DNA of 64,000 bases from Octopus sinensis (taxonomy: Eukaryota): assembly GCF_006345805.1 (NCBI RefSeq), contig NC_042997.1:14880001-14944000 (forward strand), in the 5' to 3' direction. Made by a program: the position numbers and the translations under genes. Below are positions 49,541 to 62,913 of the stretch, piece after piece (position 1 is the first letter of the stretch; the number at the start of each line of letters is the position of its first letter). The notes below the pieces were generated by a model. The model worked only from the letters and a program-made list of their open reading frames with translations. It was not told where the DNA came from and searched no databases.

Positions 49541-51171
49541 TATATATGTATATATATATATATATATATATAACGTTGGCGTTAGGAAGGGCATCCAGCT
49601 GTAGAAACACTGCCAGATCAGACTGGAGCCTGGTGCAGCCCTGGCTTCCCAGACTCCGGTCGAACCATCCAACCCGTGCTAGCGCGGAAAACAGATGTTA
49701 AACGATGATGATGATGATGATGATGATATATATATACATGTATATCATAATGAAAGGCTTGTAAAATATCTACACATATTTTACATGATGCAAACATTAT
49801 CAGATATAGAATTAAATATGATTATATTTTTAAAAATCAGTAGTTTACTCAAGTTTTTTCTTGATAGCTTGCTGATGGCTAACTGTTCATGACTGTAACT
49901 GCTATGGAAGAACTAGTAATATTTACTATATTACAATAAGGCAACCAGCTGATAGAATCATTGGCACTCCGGTCAAAATACTTTGCAGCATTTTGTCCAA
50001 ATTTATGTTCTGAGTTCAAATTCTCGCAAGGTTGACATTGCCTTTTATTTGTCAGAATCAATAAAATAAGTACCGGTTGAGCATTGGAGTCAATGTAATC
50101 AATCTAAGCCCTCTGCTGAACTTGTTGGTCTTGTGCCAAAATTTGAAATCAATATATAATGAATATATAGTCTTTATCTTTTACTAGTTTCAGTCATTAG
50201 ATTGTAGCCATGCTGGGGCACTGCCTTGAAGAATTTTTTTTTAATCGAATGAATCAACTCCAGTACTTTTTTTTTCTAAGTCTGGTACTTATGCTATCGG
50301 TCTCTTTTGCCAAACTGCTAAATTCCTGAGATGTAAACACACCAGTACCAATCATCAAGTGGTAGGAGACAAATGCAGACACCAAACACACACACACACT
50401 TTGATATATATACAATAGGCTTCTAAATACACTCACAAGGCTTTGGTCAGCCTAAAGTGCCATGCAGTGGGAGTGAACCTAGAACCATGTGGTTGGGAAG
50501 CAAATTTCTTACCACACAGCCATACCTACACCTTTATTATATTACAAAGGCAATAGAAAGTTCTGGTTCTGTAGTGGAGTGAGCAGATAGTGATTGTTGA
50601 CTGTATTTCAGAATTCAAGTGTAACCAACAGAGAATATTGATATTATTCAACCATCTCATTCTTGGTCTAAATTTATTAAATTTTGCTTTTTGTTCAGTT
50701 TATCTTCTGATAGATACATTTAGAACCTACTGGACACACAATATATATAATTTATAGATAGATATATATTTACTCTTTTACTTGTTTCAGTCATTTAACT
50801 GCGGCCATGCTGGAGCACCGCCTTTAGTCGAGCAAATCGACCCCGGGACTTATTCTTTGTAAGCCCAGTACTTATTCTATCGGTCTCTTTTGCCGAACCG
50901 CTAAGTGACGGGGACATAAACACACCAACATCGGTTGTCAAGCAATGCTAGGGGGACAAACACACACACACAAACACACACACATACATATATATATACA
51001 TATATACGACAGGCTTCTTTCAGTTTCCGTCTACCAAATCCACTCACAAGGCATTGGTCGGCCCGGGGCTATAGCAGAAGACACTTGCCCAAGATGCCAC
51101 GCAGTGGGACTGAACCCGGAACCATGTGGTTGGTTAGCAAGCTACTTACCATATAGCCACTCCTGATATAT

Positions 51172-51325
51172 ATATATATGAAAAAATAAGTCAAAATAGA
51201 AAATGCTAAAATAATTTTATAAAGAACATTTCAATGAGGTTGAGACAAGCGTCTCAACCTCACTGAAATGTTCTTTATAAAATTATTTTAGCATTTTCTA
51301 TTTTGACTTATTTCTTCATATATAT
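51172..51325. repeat. Long hairpin embedded in (TA)n
   Basis: About 75-bp arms with 2 mismatches around a 4-nt loop (aagc). Confidence 0.92.
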
Positions 51326-51347
51326 CAACTTGTGTGTTCCTTTTCAT

Positions 51348-51390
<43 letters not shown>

Positions 51391-51884
51391 AACCGACTCT
51401 AAAACCATCTTAAGTTTTCATATAGCAACATGGAGAAAAGACAAAGAGACAAGATGAAACTAGTAAAAAATTACTGGATAGTTCTAGATCTCGGATTTCT
51501 GACTTTGCATTTAGAAATGTTTTGCCTCGTCAGTAGAATACACTCAGAAAGAAACATAAATACATATATATATAAATACAATATACGAATACTTACATAT
51601 ACGAATGTATACATACATATATATGCACGTATGCATCAAGGCTAGTTCAAAATGCCCGCTAATTCCATGTGCTATATGGTTAAATATAGCACATATATAT
51701 ATTTAACTATATATATATATAGGGAGAGTTTACGATAAAAACAAAAGACAAAGACAGGTGGTGTACAAAACAAACAGATGTATTAGTATAACGCTCAGGA
51801 ATAGAAAAAGTCTTTTATGTTTCAAGCCTATGCTCTTCTACAGAAAGGGACACAGAAAAAAACAAGGAGAGAAAAAAAATGTGT

Positions 51885-52195
51885 GTTGTTGTTTGTTCCT
51901 TCTCGAGCCATGCCTGGTTCATAAGGGCTGGTTTCCTGGTTTCCTTGGCATATAGGTTCCCCACCTGGACGGGATGCTGGTTCGTCGCAGGTGAGCTGCT
52001 AGATGCAGGAGGAAAGAGTGAGAAAAAGCTGTTGTGAAAGAGTCAGCAGAAGTTCGCCATTACCTTCTACGGGAGCCGCGTGGGGCTTAGGTGTTTTGCT
52101 CATAAACACACACACATCGCCCGGTCTGAGGTTCAAACCCCCAATCCCTCGACCGTGAGTATGCCGCTCTAACCACTAGGCCATGTGCCTCCACA
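51885..52195 (-). mobile_element. Diverged SINE, head A + tail 2 variant
   Basis: Reverse complement begins gtggaggcacatggcctagtggttagagcggc...; the body resembles the 33294 monomer. Confidence 0.75.
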
Positions 52196-53105
52196 CACAC
52201 ACACATACATACGTATATATATATATGATGCATCAAATACTACAAAAATGTACATGTAAGACAGACAACAGGACCTTAATTCTTTATCAGTTATCAACCA
52301 AAAATACTAATGCCTAATTTCATGCCTTTAACAATAAGATTAGGAACTTCATATATCAGCAGCATCCTTGAGATTTGCAAAGACTTAGGGCTCGAGCGAA
52401 TAAAATAATACAGGGAGGACGTACAAAAGTAAACGACAGTAATTTGAAACGATAGACGAAGACATTAAATGAATAAAGCCTTAGGGGCCAAACACGATAA
52501 AAATAGATTAACACCTGGAAGAAATCCTCAAATGGAGAGGCACAAGCACCTACACGCACATATACACACACGGCAGTAACTTCCACCTACCGAATTCAAT
52601 CACAAAGCTCCGGTCGGCTCGGGGCTATAGTGGAAGACACCTACCCAAAGTGCCACGCAGTGGGACTGAACCCAAAACCATGTAGCTAGGAAGCAAGCTC
52701 CCTAACCACACAGCCATGCCCGAAAGAACAGGATTGAGAAGAGAGGAGAAAAAAAGCTGACCAGCATGTTAAGTGTCCAGTGGCGAAAAGGCAGAAAATA
52801 GAAAATCAATCACCGGTCACATGTGGGTAGCAGATAGAAGGGAATGAGGGAGAGAGAGAGAGTGGCAGAGAGAGAAAGAACAGAGGAAACACTCCTACTG
52901 AAAATTCTCAACCACTGACTGAAACTTACTGTGTGTTCCAGAGACACTCTCTACCTTGCCAGCTGGCCAGTAGATAAAATGTCTGAGGTTCCCATGTTTG
53001 CACAGATCTGTTCTCAATGACTGCCTTTGCAAAAAGAGACAATGGTCAAATCACCTATTTTATCACCTGACGTCATTTTGCATCTTACTTCTAGCACATC
53101 TCCCA

Positions 53106-53500
53106 CTAAATGAGCAAAACGCCCCATGTCCAATGGACGGTGCTGAGTTGTCAAACATTTAAACCAAATTTTCTTAAAACAACTTGTCCGACCAGCCCAC
53201 CTGGTGGCATTATTTCAAGCCAGCCGGCGTTTTTTGCACAAACTGCACATGCATTTTTCTCACGTACGCGTAGTATCAATTGCAACAGCAGATGTACATG
53301 CGTGTACAAATGCACGTTCCCACGGCTTTATCGATCACATTCTCACTTGGAATCGATTTTTGTAATTTTTTCAAGACTTATACACGCCCTGATACCGTTG
53401 GTATCTACATATCAAATTTGAATGCAATTGGATGGCGGATGCCGGAGATCCTAGAAGACACACACACAGACAGACAGTATGGATTTTGTATAATAGATAA
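53106..53500 (-). mobile_element. Non-autonomous Helitron family 2
   Basis: Reverse complement starts a|tctattatacaaaa...ctgtctgtctgtgtg and ends ggggcgttttgctcatttag|t. Confidence 0.65.
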
Positions 53501-54258
53501 TTACACCATGTAGTTATATTAGCCATTTTAACCCTTTAGCATTTAAACTGGCCATATCCAGCCAAAATATTTTAGCTGCTTTAAGTTCAAACCAGCCTGA
53601 TCTGGCTTCTCACACAAACCCTACAATGTCATTTTAAATGTAAACAATCACATTGTTTCGAATCTTGAAGCTACAAGATAAAGCAAGATTAATTCAAAAC
53701 AATGTGAATAAATAAGCATAACATTTAATAAAGTAATCTGAATGCTAATGGGTTAAACATATGCATTTAATTAAGTTAATTTTGTTCTGTCACTTTTAAT
53801 TGTGTAGCACCATCCGTTTGTGGCCGTTGCCAGCCTCGCCTGGCCCCCGTGCCGGTGGCATGTAAAAGCACCATCCGTTCGTGGCCGTTTTCCAGCTCCG
53901 TTTGGCACCTGTGCGGGTGGCACGTAAAAAGCACCCACTACACTCACGGAGCAGCCGTCTGGCTTCACAGACACCAGTTGAACCGTCCAACCCATGCTAG
54001 CATGGAAAGCGGACGTTAAATGATGATGATGATGTTACATAAAATCTTTCAAGACCAGTTGCGGATATATTTTACTTCATTTTCTAAATATTCTTCCCAG
54101 ACTTATTATATTTTATTCTTCACACACTCTCTCTCTCTCTCACCCTCTCTCACTCTCTCTCACACACACATACACACACTCATGTCATCTTTCCATTTGT
54201 AGTGACATTGTATAGCCAATTATAAAAATAACTGTTCAAACTTTATTTTAAATTTTAG

Positions 54259-54418
54259 ATCTGGCTTTGATATGGTTAGGATCCATATTCCAACAGCGTC
54301 TCCACTCACCATTCTTGATGCTGGTATGTACAAAGGGGATTATAATATGTTTGGTTATGAACTGGTTCTAGTTTCATTTTCTGAAGACGGTGATACTATT
54401 CTAGCTTCAAAAGTCACA
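54259..54418 (+). CDS. FBXO31: FBXO31-like exon 7
   Basis: Acceptor aattttag, donor ACA|gtaaga, phase 2 to 0. SGFDMVRIHIPTASPLTILDAGMYKGDYNMFGYELVLVSFSEDGDTILASKVT resembles human [20 protein letters not shown]...KIT. Confidence 0.93.
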
Positions 54419-55723
54419 GTAAGAAATACCAACTGTTTTTTCTTTTCTTTATTATTCTGTATTAAAATATTCCTTATTTAAGAAGTTCAAATACACTTCA
54501 TTAGCTAAAACTAGGCAAAGTCTATGTGGTTGCTCAATCTGCAAGAGATAGCAGCCAAATCACTCAACTCACACCCTAACATCTTTGTTGATGATGACTT
54601 ACATACACACATAGATATCTTCTTTCAGTTTCTGTTTGCCAAATCCATTCTCAAAGCCTGGAACTATAGTAGAAAATGCTTTCCCAAGATGTCACTGCCT
54701 GGCACCTTGGGAAAGAGTTTTCTGTTATCCATCTGCATTACTATTACTACTATTATTATTATTGAGAGAGCAGCTCATGTCATTAAAGTGACACTGGAGT
54801 ACAAGTATACAAAGCTCAATATACCCATCATGACTACCCGTCTAATAAGGGTATACCAGGCACATGTATTACAACCACATGTGCATGACATGGTGAAATT
54901 ATATCAAGATAAACAGCACATGACCTTGCAGGAGGGGCCCACTTAGAATTTTCTTCAGGTCGAGTAGCCCATTCCACTCAAAAGTTCCCTGAATAAGGTT
55001 CATTTAAAGATGATGAAGGAAACACCCATGTTTCCAGAGGTGAATTATCCAAACCCCAAAAAATTCCTCTCAACACATAGCTATGATGCTCCTCCACTAC
55101 TTCTGCTTATGATCAGAGATGCACATATTATCAGCCACTAAGGGACATGTTCAAATGGTCACGGTCAAGCAACTGACAAGCAAATATGTGGTATTAAGCA
55201 GAATATTTGCTGCAGCCCATCTTTTACACCAAGACAAAACATGTACATGATAACACTTCCAGTCAGTTAAGATGAGAAGCCTTGAGAGCCAGTGTCTGGT
55301 ATTTTGTGAATTGTATCACAAGTTTAGTGACTTATAAACTTATGTGAGTGTTCCCTGCATTTTGTGCTTCCCACCTACTTTAATTTGTTAACTTAAGCTT
55401 TAAGGAAGTGAGTCAGGCTCATTACTCTTATTGGAAAAGAAGTTAGTTTGATTCTGTTCCAAATGTCATAATTTTGTTTACTAAGAAAACAAGAATATAT
55501 ATGAAAGCTACTTAAGCTAGTATATAGAATAAGACAAAAAAAAGGAAACTCATCCAAAGCTTAACTGCCAAGTTTGGTGTTGATTGATACCAGATCTCTT
55601 ATCCACAATACCTATAAAGATATCAAAGATAATCATCACATTGTTGCAAAAAGAAATTCTACTGAAGAACAGTATTACTAAACAACTTAGTTTATTTATT
55701 AATTTTTTTTTCCTTAATTACAG

Positions 55724-55938
55724 GGTGACCCCCATGTGTCAGGGGGTGAAAAAGCATTTGAGATACATTTGACTGCACCAATACTTCTTCGGGAAGACCA
55801 ACAGACAACAATGAGTGTTGTTCAACAGCATGAATGGACAGTAGTACAAAGCTATGAGGAATTTCCTGAACAAGCATTTATTATCCCTCAAGATTGTCTA
55901 TATGAAGGCCCTAATATGCCAACTACCTGCAGTGCCAG
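55724..55938 (+). CDS. FBXO31: FBXO31-like exon 8 (cyclin D1-binding-type domain)
   Basis: Acceptor ccttaattacag, donor AG|gtatgt. GDPHVSGGEKAFEIHL...QAFIIPQDCLYEGPNMPTTCSA resembles human GDPNIPAGQQTVEIDL...QPFVLP...YPRTCRMC. Confidence 0.93.
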
Positions 55939-57173
55939 GTATGTATTGTGGGTTTTCTTTTTCTTGGATTTGTTTGAGGTCTTTTGTAGGTGGGAAAGGT
56001 TATGTTAACATAATTATTAATTGCAAGATAGAGGTATAGGATATTGATTTCTAATATTGCAAAAAGCCACATATCTGAGGAGAGAAGACAATCAGTTAAA
56101 TTTATCCAGGTATTTGACTAATACTTGAAATCAAGATGTAAGGGCCATAACTAAAATGGATTTTACCCTAATGCTCTATCAGTTCTGAAAATCCACTGCT
56201 CTTAGATATATAGAACATCATCATCATCATCGTTTAACGTCCACTTTCCATGCTAGCATGGGTTGGACGATTTGACTGAGGACTGGCGTGCCAGATGGCT
56301 GCACCCGGCTCCAATCTGATCTGGCAGCTGGATGCCCTTCCTAACGCCTACCACTCCGAGAGTGTAGTAGGTGTTTTTACATGCCACCAGCACGAGGGCC
56401 AGTCAGTACTGGCAACAGCCATACTCAAATGGTGTTTTTTACATGCCACCTGCACAAATGGAGTTTTTTATCACTCAAAAGGGTGTTTTTAATTAACAAC
56501 AAATATTATAAGCTGGATAGTTAGTGTTATCAGAGAAGTGTAAAGCAAAAAAAAGTCCCTTACCTTGATTTGGCAAATGATTCCAAAAATGGAACTTCTC
56601 AACCACTGACTGGAACTTGCTGTGTGACCCAGAAACACTCTCTACCAGCTGGCTAGTAGGTAGAATGCCTGAGGTTCCCATGTTTGCATACATCTGTTCT
56701 CAGTGACTGCATTTGCAAAAAAGTGGATGGTCAAATTGCTTGCTTCATCATTTGACATCACTTTGCCTCTTACTTCAAGAACATCTCCCACTATACTATA
56801 GCTAGATTAAAAATGATTCAAGGAAATTGTGTAACTGCATCATCCAGATTGGACTAAAAATCCAAAAGAATGGTACAGACCACCATTTTATAATTTAATA
56901 GATATCTAGTTTATTATTATATAAAAGCTGTAGATTATATAAACAACATCATACATGGTTTTTCTCAAACCTTCTCATATTGCTGTGCTATTTGACACTA
57001 TCATATTGTTCATCATTCTTTTCATTTGTTTAACATGTATTACTAACTTGCTAACGTTGTAACCTGTAATTCGTTATTTTCTCTAATAACTTCTAGAATC
57101 TTATCTCTTTACATACGTATCCCTTTACATAGTAACAGCTAGACTTATGCCTATTTGTTTGTTTATTTTTCAG

Positions 57174-57330
57174 ATTTCATGGCAAGTTCCAAGTGCTTTC
57201 ACTAAGTCAAAACACAGCTGATTTATTTGACTGTCACCTCATTGTTTTTAACAGAAAATTGTTTACAATTCTTACTTTTGAAACAAAGCAACTCTATTGT
57301 TTTCATCGTGTAGAAGAAACCTCCTTATAA
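57174..57330 (+). CDS. FBXO31: FBXO31-like exon 9 (terminal)
   Basis: Acceptor tttatttttcag. (R)FHGKFQVLSLSQNTADLFDCHLIVFNRKLFTILTFETKQLYCFHRVEETSL, TAA at 57328-57330. The exons sum to 1173 nt = 390 aa plus stop. Confidence 0.92.
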
Positions 57331-57450
57331 CAAAGATCTCAATTTTATTATTTTTTTTTACTGTGATTTTAATACTCCTTTTACATTTTGATTTAAACAA
57401 ATGAGGTTGGTACACTTAACTGAGATTTTCTTTTTCTTTTTTTTTTTTTT

Positions 57451-57456
57451 AATAAA
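57451..57456 (+). terminator. Candidate polyadenylation signal of the FBXO31-like gene
   Basis: First AATAAA about 120 nt after the stop codon, following a U-rich tract. Confidence 0.5.
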
Positions 57457-60400
57457 TTAAAACATCTTTATATTCCTGACGTAGATGTTTTACTGCATCA
57501 TGTCCCATACTAACCTTCAACATTATACTATCAAGTAAAAGCAAAATTTACTTATATCCATCATACACTCACCTCTCTCGTATCCAAGGCAGCAAATCAG
57601 CAGTCGTTAGGATGTTGGATAAAGTGCTTTGCAGTATTTTTTCTGACACCCAATTTTCTGAGTTCTAATCCTGCCTAAATCAACTTTGCCTTTCATCCTT
57701 TCTGGGTCAATAAAGTACCAATCCAGAAGAACGGATAGGCAGAACTTTAAGAATGTCAAACCAGGTACCTTGTTATATTTGTTCTGCTTCTTGGCATTCT
57801 GAATTCAAATTCCACTAAGACCAACTTAAGTGATAGACTTAATTCTTCACTTAGTTTGACAATGATACCTGGCACTTTGGGTATTTTTAGTGGAGTCCAT
57901 TCAGTTGTGACCATCTAGGCTAGCTTTCTGGTTTGAGGATGCCTTCTTCCCTCCTTCCCACTCATCTTGGGGGCTCTGTGAGGATCATGGACTCTGCCTT
58001 CCCTCTTAAAAAGATACATTAAAAACACAAGTAGATTCTGTTATCATGGAGGTAGACTAGAACTTACAAAAATTAGAGGCAGGAGATCTATCTGCAAGAG
58101 TTAATACAGTGAAAGTAATAGCAAAAAAAAGGTGTTAAGATTTCTAAAGGTGACACATTAAAAGCACCGTCCGAACATGGCAGATGTCAGCGCCGCCTGA
58201 CGGGCGTCCGTGTCGGTGACACGTAAAAGCACCAACCAATCGTGGCCGTTTGCCAGCCTCCTCTGGCCCCTGGGCCGGTGGCACGTAAAAAGCACCCACT
58301 ACACTCATGGAGTGGTTGGCGTTAGGAAGGACATCCAGCTGTAGAAACACTGCCAGATCAGAGTGGAGCCTGATGCAGCCTCCTGGCTTCCCAGACCCCA
58401 GTCGAACAATCCAAACCATGCTAGCATGGAAAACGAACGTTAAACGATGATGATGATGAGGAGGAAATACTTAATTTTTGGAGCAAAGCCCTTCATTAGA
58501 AAATAAGAAAATAATCAATTGAGAAATGTTAGAATAGAAAGAGGCCAACTGGAAGAATCTTCATGGGTTTTCTTAATATCTTGTTTGTCTTTATATCTAC
58601 TGTAAGGGAAGCTAAAGAATTAAGATACCTGAGTGGATAGGGCACCAGAAGCCAACTGAGAGCTTGGCAGTTTTACATCCTGCCATTAGCACTATGCTGT
58701 TCATGGCCAAGATGCTTAACTTTCAAATATTTTAGTTAGAGACCTATTGAGTCAAGTACATCAACATCAAAAAATCAAATGGAAATTGTAGCTGTGATAC
58801 CTCGTTGCCAGTACCGCCTGACTGGCCCTTGTGCCGGTGACACATAAAAAGCACCCACTACACTCTCGGGGTGGTTGGCGTTAGGAAGGGCATCCAGCTG
58901 TAGAAACTCTACCAGATCAAGATTGGAGCCTGGTGCAGCCATTTGGCTCACCAGCCCTCAGTGAAATCATCCAACCTATGCTAGCATGGAAAGCAGATGT
59001 TAAACGATGATGATGATTACATGGTGATTGTAAATGAGCAACATTGTCATACAAATGAGGTTGTGATCCCAGGTCTTCTGTGAAAAAACATGTCTAGTTA
59101 TGGGAAAAAATATTAGTTTTCTTGGAAAAAAGATGAGGGTTGGTGACAGCAAGTACATCTGGACATAGAAAAACTACCTCAACATATTCCATTTGACCCA
59201 TGCTAGCATAGAATAGTGGATGTTAAATCATCATCATCGTTTAACGTCCGCTTTCCATGCTAGCATGGGTTGGACGATTTGACTGAGGGCTGACGAGCCA
59301 AATGGCTGCACCAAGCTCCAATCTTGATCTGGCAGAGTTTCTACAGCTGGATGCCCTTCCTAACGCTAACCACTCCAAGAGTGTAGTGAGTGCTTTTACG
59401 TGTCACCGGCACGAGGGCCAGTCAGGCGGTACTGGCAACGACCTCGCTCGAATCTTTTTACACATGCCACCGGCACAGGTGCCAGTAAGGCGGGTGAAGA
59501 ATATATGGAGACTAATACTTCACTATTGCCCTTTAGGCTTATGAAACACACTATTTAGAGACAAGCTTAGGGGTACAATAAAATGGTTGCAATTATGGAT
59601 AATATTACTGAATAACAGTGGGACTGATATGTTGAGCTATTGAACACCTTGCCATGAGTTTCAATTCATGACTGTTGCTAATTGTTTAATATTTTAACTT
59701 CTGTTTTGTTTTTTTAATTTTAAGCACAACTCTAAAAACAAAACTTTTTGTTATTGTCTGTCTTTTCACTGTTATCTTTTATCATTTACTTGTTTCAGTC
59801 ATTGGACTGTTGCCAGGCTGGAGCACCACCTTGAAAGGTTTAATCAAAAAAATTGATCCCAATTCTTATTTTTTGAATCTGGTACTTACTCCTCAGTTTC
59901 TTTTGCCAAACCACTAAGTGACAGGGCCATAAACAAACCAACACCAGTTGTCAAGCACTGGGTGAAAAACAAACAGAAACACACACACACACACACACAC
60001 ACATGACAAGCTTCCACACAGTTTCCATCTTCTAAATTCACTCACAAGGCATTGGTTGGCCTGGAACTTTAGCAAAAGACGCTTTGCCAAGGCATCACAC
60101 AGTGGGACTGAACCTAAAACCACATAGTTGCAAAGCAAACTTCACAACCACACAACCATGCTTACACCTGGCGCTTAAAGACCAAAGTGATATTTGCCTA
60201 CTGTGATAGGATTAGAACCTCTGACCATATAGCAAGAGGTTTTTCACACATTCTACCTCTATATATTTATTGATTATTTTTCTTCAAATAAACACTTCTC
60301 CCCTTAACCAATTTGTCCGTCCTATAATCTGTGGAATTGCAGAAGTAACACATGAAGACAGTTTTCATGTCTTAGAGTATCTCTTATCTTCTGCTTGTTT

Positions 60401-60904
60401 CAGTCATTGGACTGTGACCATGCTACGGCATCACCTTGAAGGGTTTAACTGAATAAATCAACCCCAGTACTCATTTTTATGTTTGGTACTTATTGTATTG
60501 GTCACTTTTGTTGAACTGCCAAGTTATGGGGGACATTAACCAACCAATACAAGTTGTCAGGTGGGTGTGGGGAAACAAACACAAACACACAGATGTGAGT
60601 GTGCACACACACACACACACATGTGACAGGCTTACTTATAGTTTCCATCTATGAAATTCACTCACAAGGCATTGGTTGGCCCAGGGCTATAGCAGAAGGC
60701 ACTTGCACAAGGTGCCATACAATAGCACTGAGCTCCAAACCACATAGTTGAAAAGCAAGCTTCTTTACCACAGTCCTTCCCGATACAATGTCCATAATTA
60801 CAAGGCAAGAATATACTGATCAGTTATGTAGTGAATTGTACAGTTCCTAATGGTACTGATTTCACCCTTTTCATTCATATTACTCTGTCAAATGTAATGC
60901 TTAT

Positions 60905-61290
60905 CTGTGGAGGCGCAATGGCCCAGTGGTTAGGGCAGCGGACTCGCGGTCGTAGGATCGCGGTTTCGATTCCCAGACCAGGCGTTGTGAGTGTTTATTG
61001 AGCAAAAACACCTAAAGCTCCACGAGGCTCCGGCAGGGATGGTGGTGATCCTTGCTGTACTCTTTCACCGCAACTTTCTCTCACTCTTACTTCCTGTTTC
61101 TGTCGTACCTGTATTTCAAAGGGCCAGCCTTGTCACTCTCTGTGTCACGCTGAATATCCCCGAGAACTACGTTAAGGGTACACGTGTCTGTGGAGTGCTC
61201 AGCCACTTACACGTTAATTTCACGAGCAGGCTGTTCCGTTGATTCGGATCAACCGGAACCCTCGTCGTCGTAATCGACGGAGTGCTTCCA
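60905..61290 (+). mobile_element. tRNA-derived SINE, head A + tail 1
   Basis: Near-identical to the 10051 copy. 11-bp TSD gtaatgcttat at 60894-60904 and 61291-61301. Nested in a piggyBac-type MITE. Confidence 0.9.
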
Positions 61291-61619
61291 GTAATGCTTA
61301 TTTATTCACATTGTTTTGAATTAATCATGTATTATCTTGTAGCTTTAACATTTCAATGCTGTGATTGTATATTTTTAAAATGACATTGTAGGAGGTCAGT
61401 GCAAGAGGCTGGATCTGGCCAGTTTGAACATAATATAGTTAAAATATTTTAATCAAATATGGTTGGTTTGAATACTAAAGGGTAAACCTGGAGGTGACTT
61501 AGGTGACTTCTGAGTTAATTCTCTTGTTCAGGATGGCTACTGCAGAGCAACAAGTGACAAAATATGTCTTCTGAATTCTTTGCTCAGCAAGCGTACACTT
61601 TAACCGTAACCCACAATAA

Positions 61620-61875
61620 AATAAATGCACCCTTTTAAAGCCTAGCCGGGCTCATGGGCCTGGTTTCCCAGTTTCTATGGTGTATGTGTTCCCCAGCTGG
61701 ATGGGACACCAGTCCGTCGCAGCGTTACTCAATTTTGCTAGCTGAGTGGACTGGAGCAACATGAAATGAAGTGTTTTGCTCAAGAACACAACGCATCACC
61801 CAGTCCAGGAATTGAAACCACAATCTTACGATCTTGGTGCTGACATCCTAACCACTAAGCCATGCACCTCCACAT
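61620..61875 (-). mobile_element. tRNA-derived SINE, head B + tail 2
   Basis: Reverse-complement match to the 33039 monomer. TSD taacccacaataa at 61607-61619 and 61876-61888. Confidence 0.85.
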
Positions 61876-62689
61876 TAACCCACAATAACTAAACTGAAAA
61901 TATCCCTGAATATTTCATTTTCATGTAGTGTGTTGTAGGAAAGTTAACATACTAAGGCTTATCTCTGTTTATGTTGGTGACTTTGGATAGAAATAGCAGG
62001 TTCAAAAAATAGGTAAGAAATTGGGTTTGCATTGTGAGAAATTATTATGTCTCTGTGGTGCGATTCAATAGCAAATTGCTTATATTTATTTTATTGGTAT
62101 TGACGTTTCTCTCAGCCTCTCCAATAATTACATATGAAAACAAGAGCACTCAGAGAGTGCAAACCTCTGCCAAGGCAACACCAACGTCCTCTCAACAATT
62201 AGCGAGAGATGATTTTTAAAATGAGAATATCTGAAATAAACTCAACTGCTCTCACAAACGAGAATACTAAAAATGAACTTGACCGCTCTCAAAAATTACT
62301 CTTACGCTTTTACTCTTTTACTTGTTTCTGTCATTTTGACTGCGGCCATGCTGGAGCACCGCCTTTTAGTCAAGCAAATCGAGCCCAGGACTTTATTCCC
62401 TGTAAGCCTAGTACTTATTCTATCGATCTCTTTTGCCGAACCACTAAGTTATGGAGACATAAACACACCAGCATCGGTTGTCAAGCAATGTTGGGGGGAC
62501 AAACACAGACACACAAACATACATATATATATGACGGGCTTCTTTCAGTTTCCGTCGACCAAATCCACTCACAAGGCTTTGGTCAGCCCGAGGCTATAGC
62601 AGAAGACACTTGCCCAAAGTGCCACTCAGTGGGACTGAACCCGGAACCATGTGGTTCGTAAGCAAGCTACTTACCATATAGCCACTCCT

Positions 62690-62913
62690 ACACCTTAGGT
62701 GAAAAAAAAAACAGAAAAAAATAATGAAGAATCCTTGTCTGGTACCAGATCAATCCCAAAACCTAATCAGTTCGTGCCAGTCATGAGGCCAGACTTCCCT
62801 GAAAGTTTCATCTGAATCCTTCCAGTGGTTTTTGAGATATCTTGTCCACGGACAAACAAACAAACAAACATGACTGAAAACAATACCTCCGCCTTTGCGA
62901 AGGCAGGGGTAAT
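62690..62913 (-). mobile_element. Helentron/HINE-like element
   Basis: Terminal stem-loop cctccgcctttgcgaaggcaggggtaataa and (CAAA)n microsatellite. A related copy lies at about 4715-4890(+). Confidence 0.55.

Noticed and set aside
57870-58091. Two - strand exon-like pieces (58068-58091 and about 57870-58004)
   Set aside because: They would need a 63-nt intron and give an unrecognisable peptide with an early stop. Unsupported without RNA data.
60905-60985. tRNA gene (also heads at 1, 10051, 33039, 33294, 45576)
   Set aside because: A/B boxes are present but there is no acceptor-stem closure, and each continues into a repeat body with TSDs. These are SINE heads.
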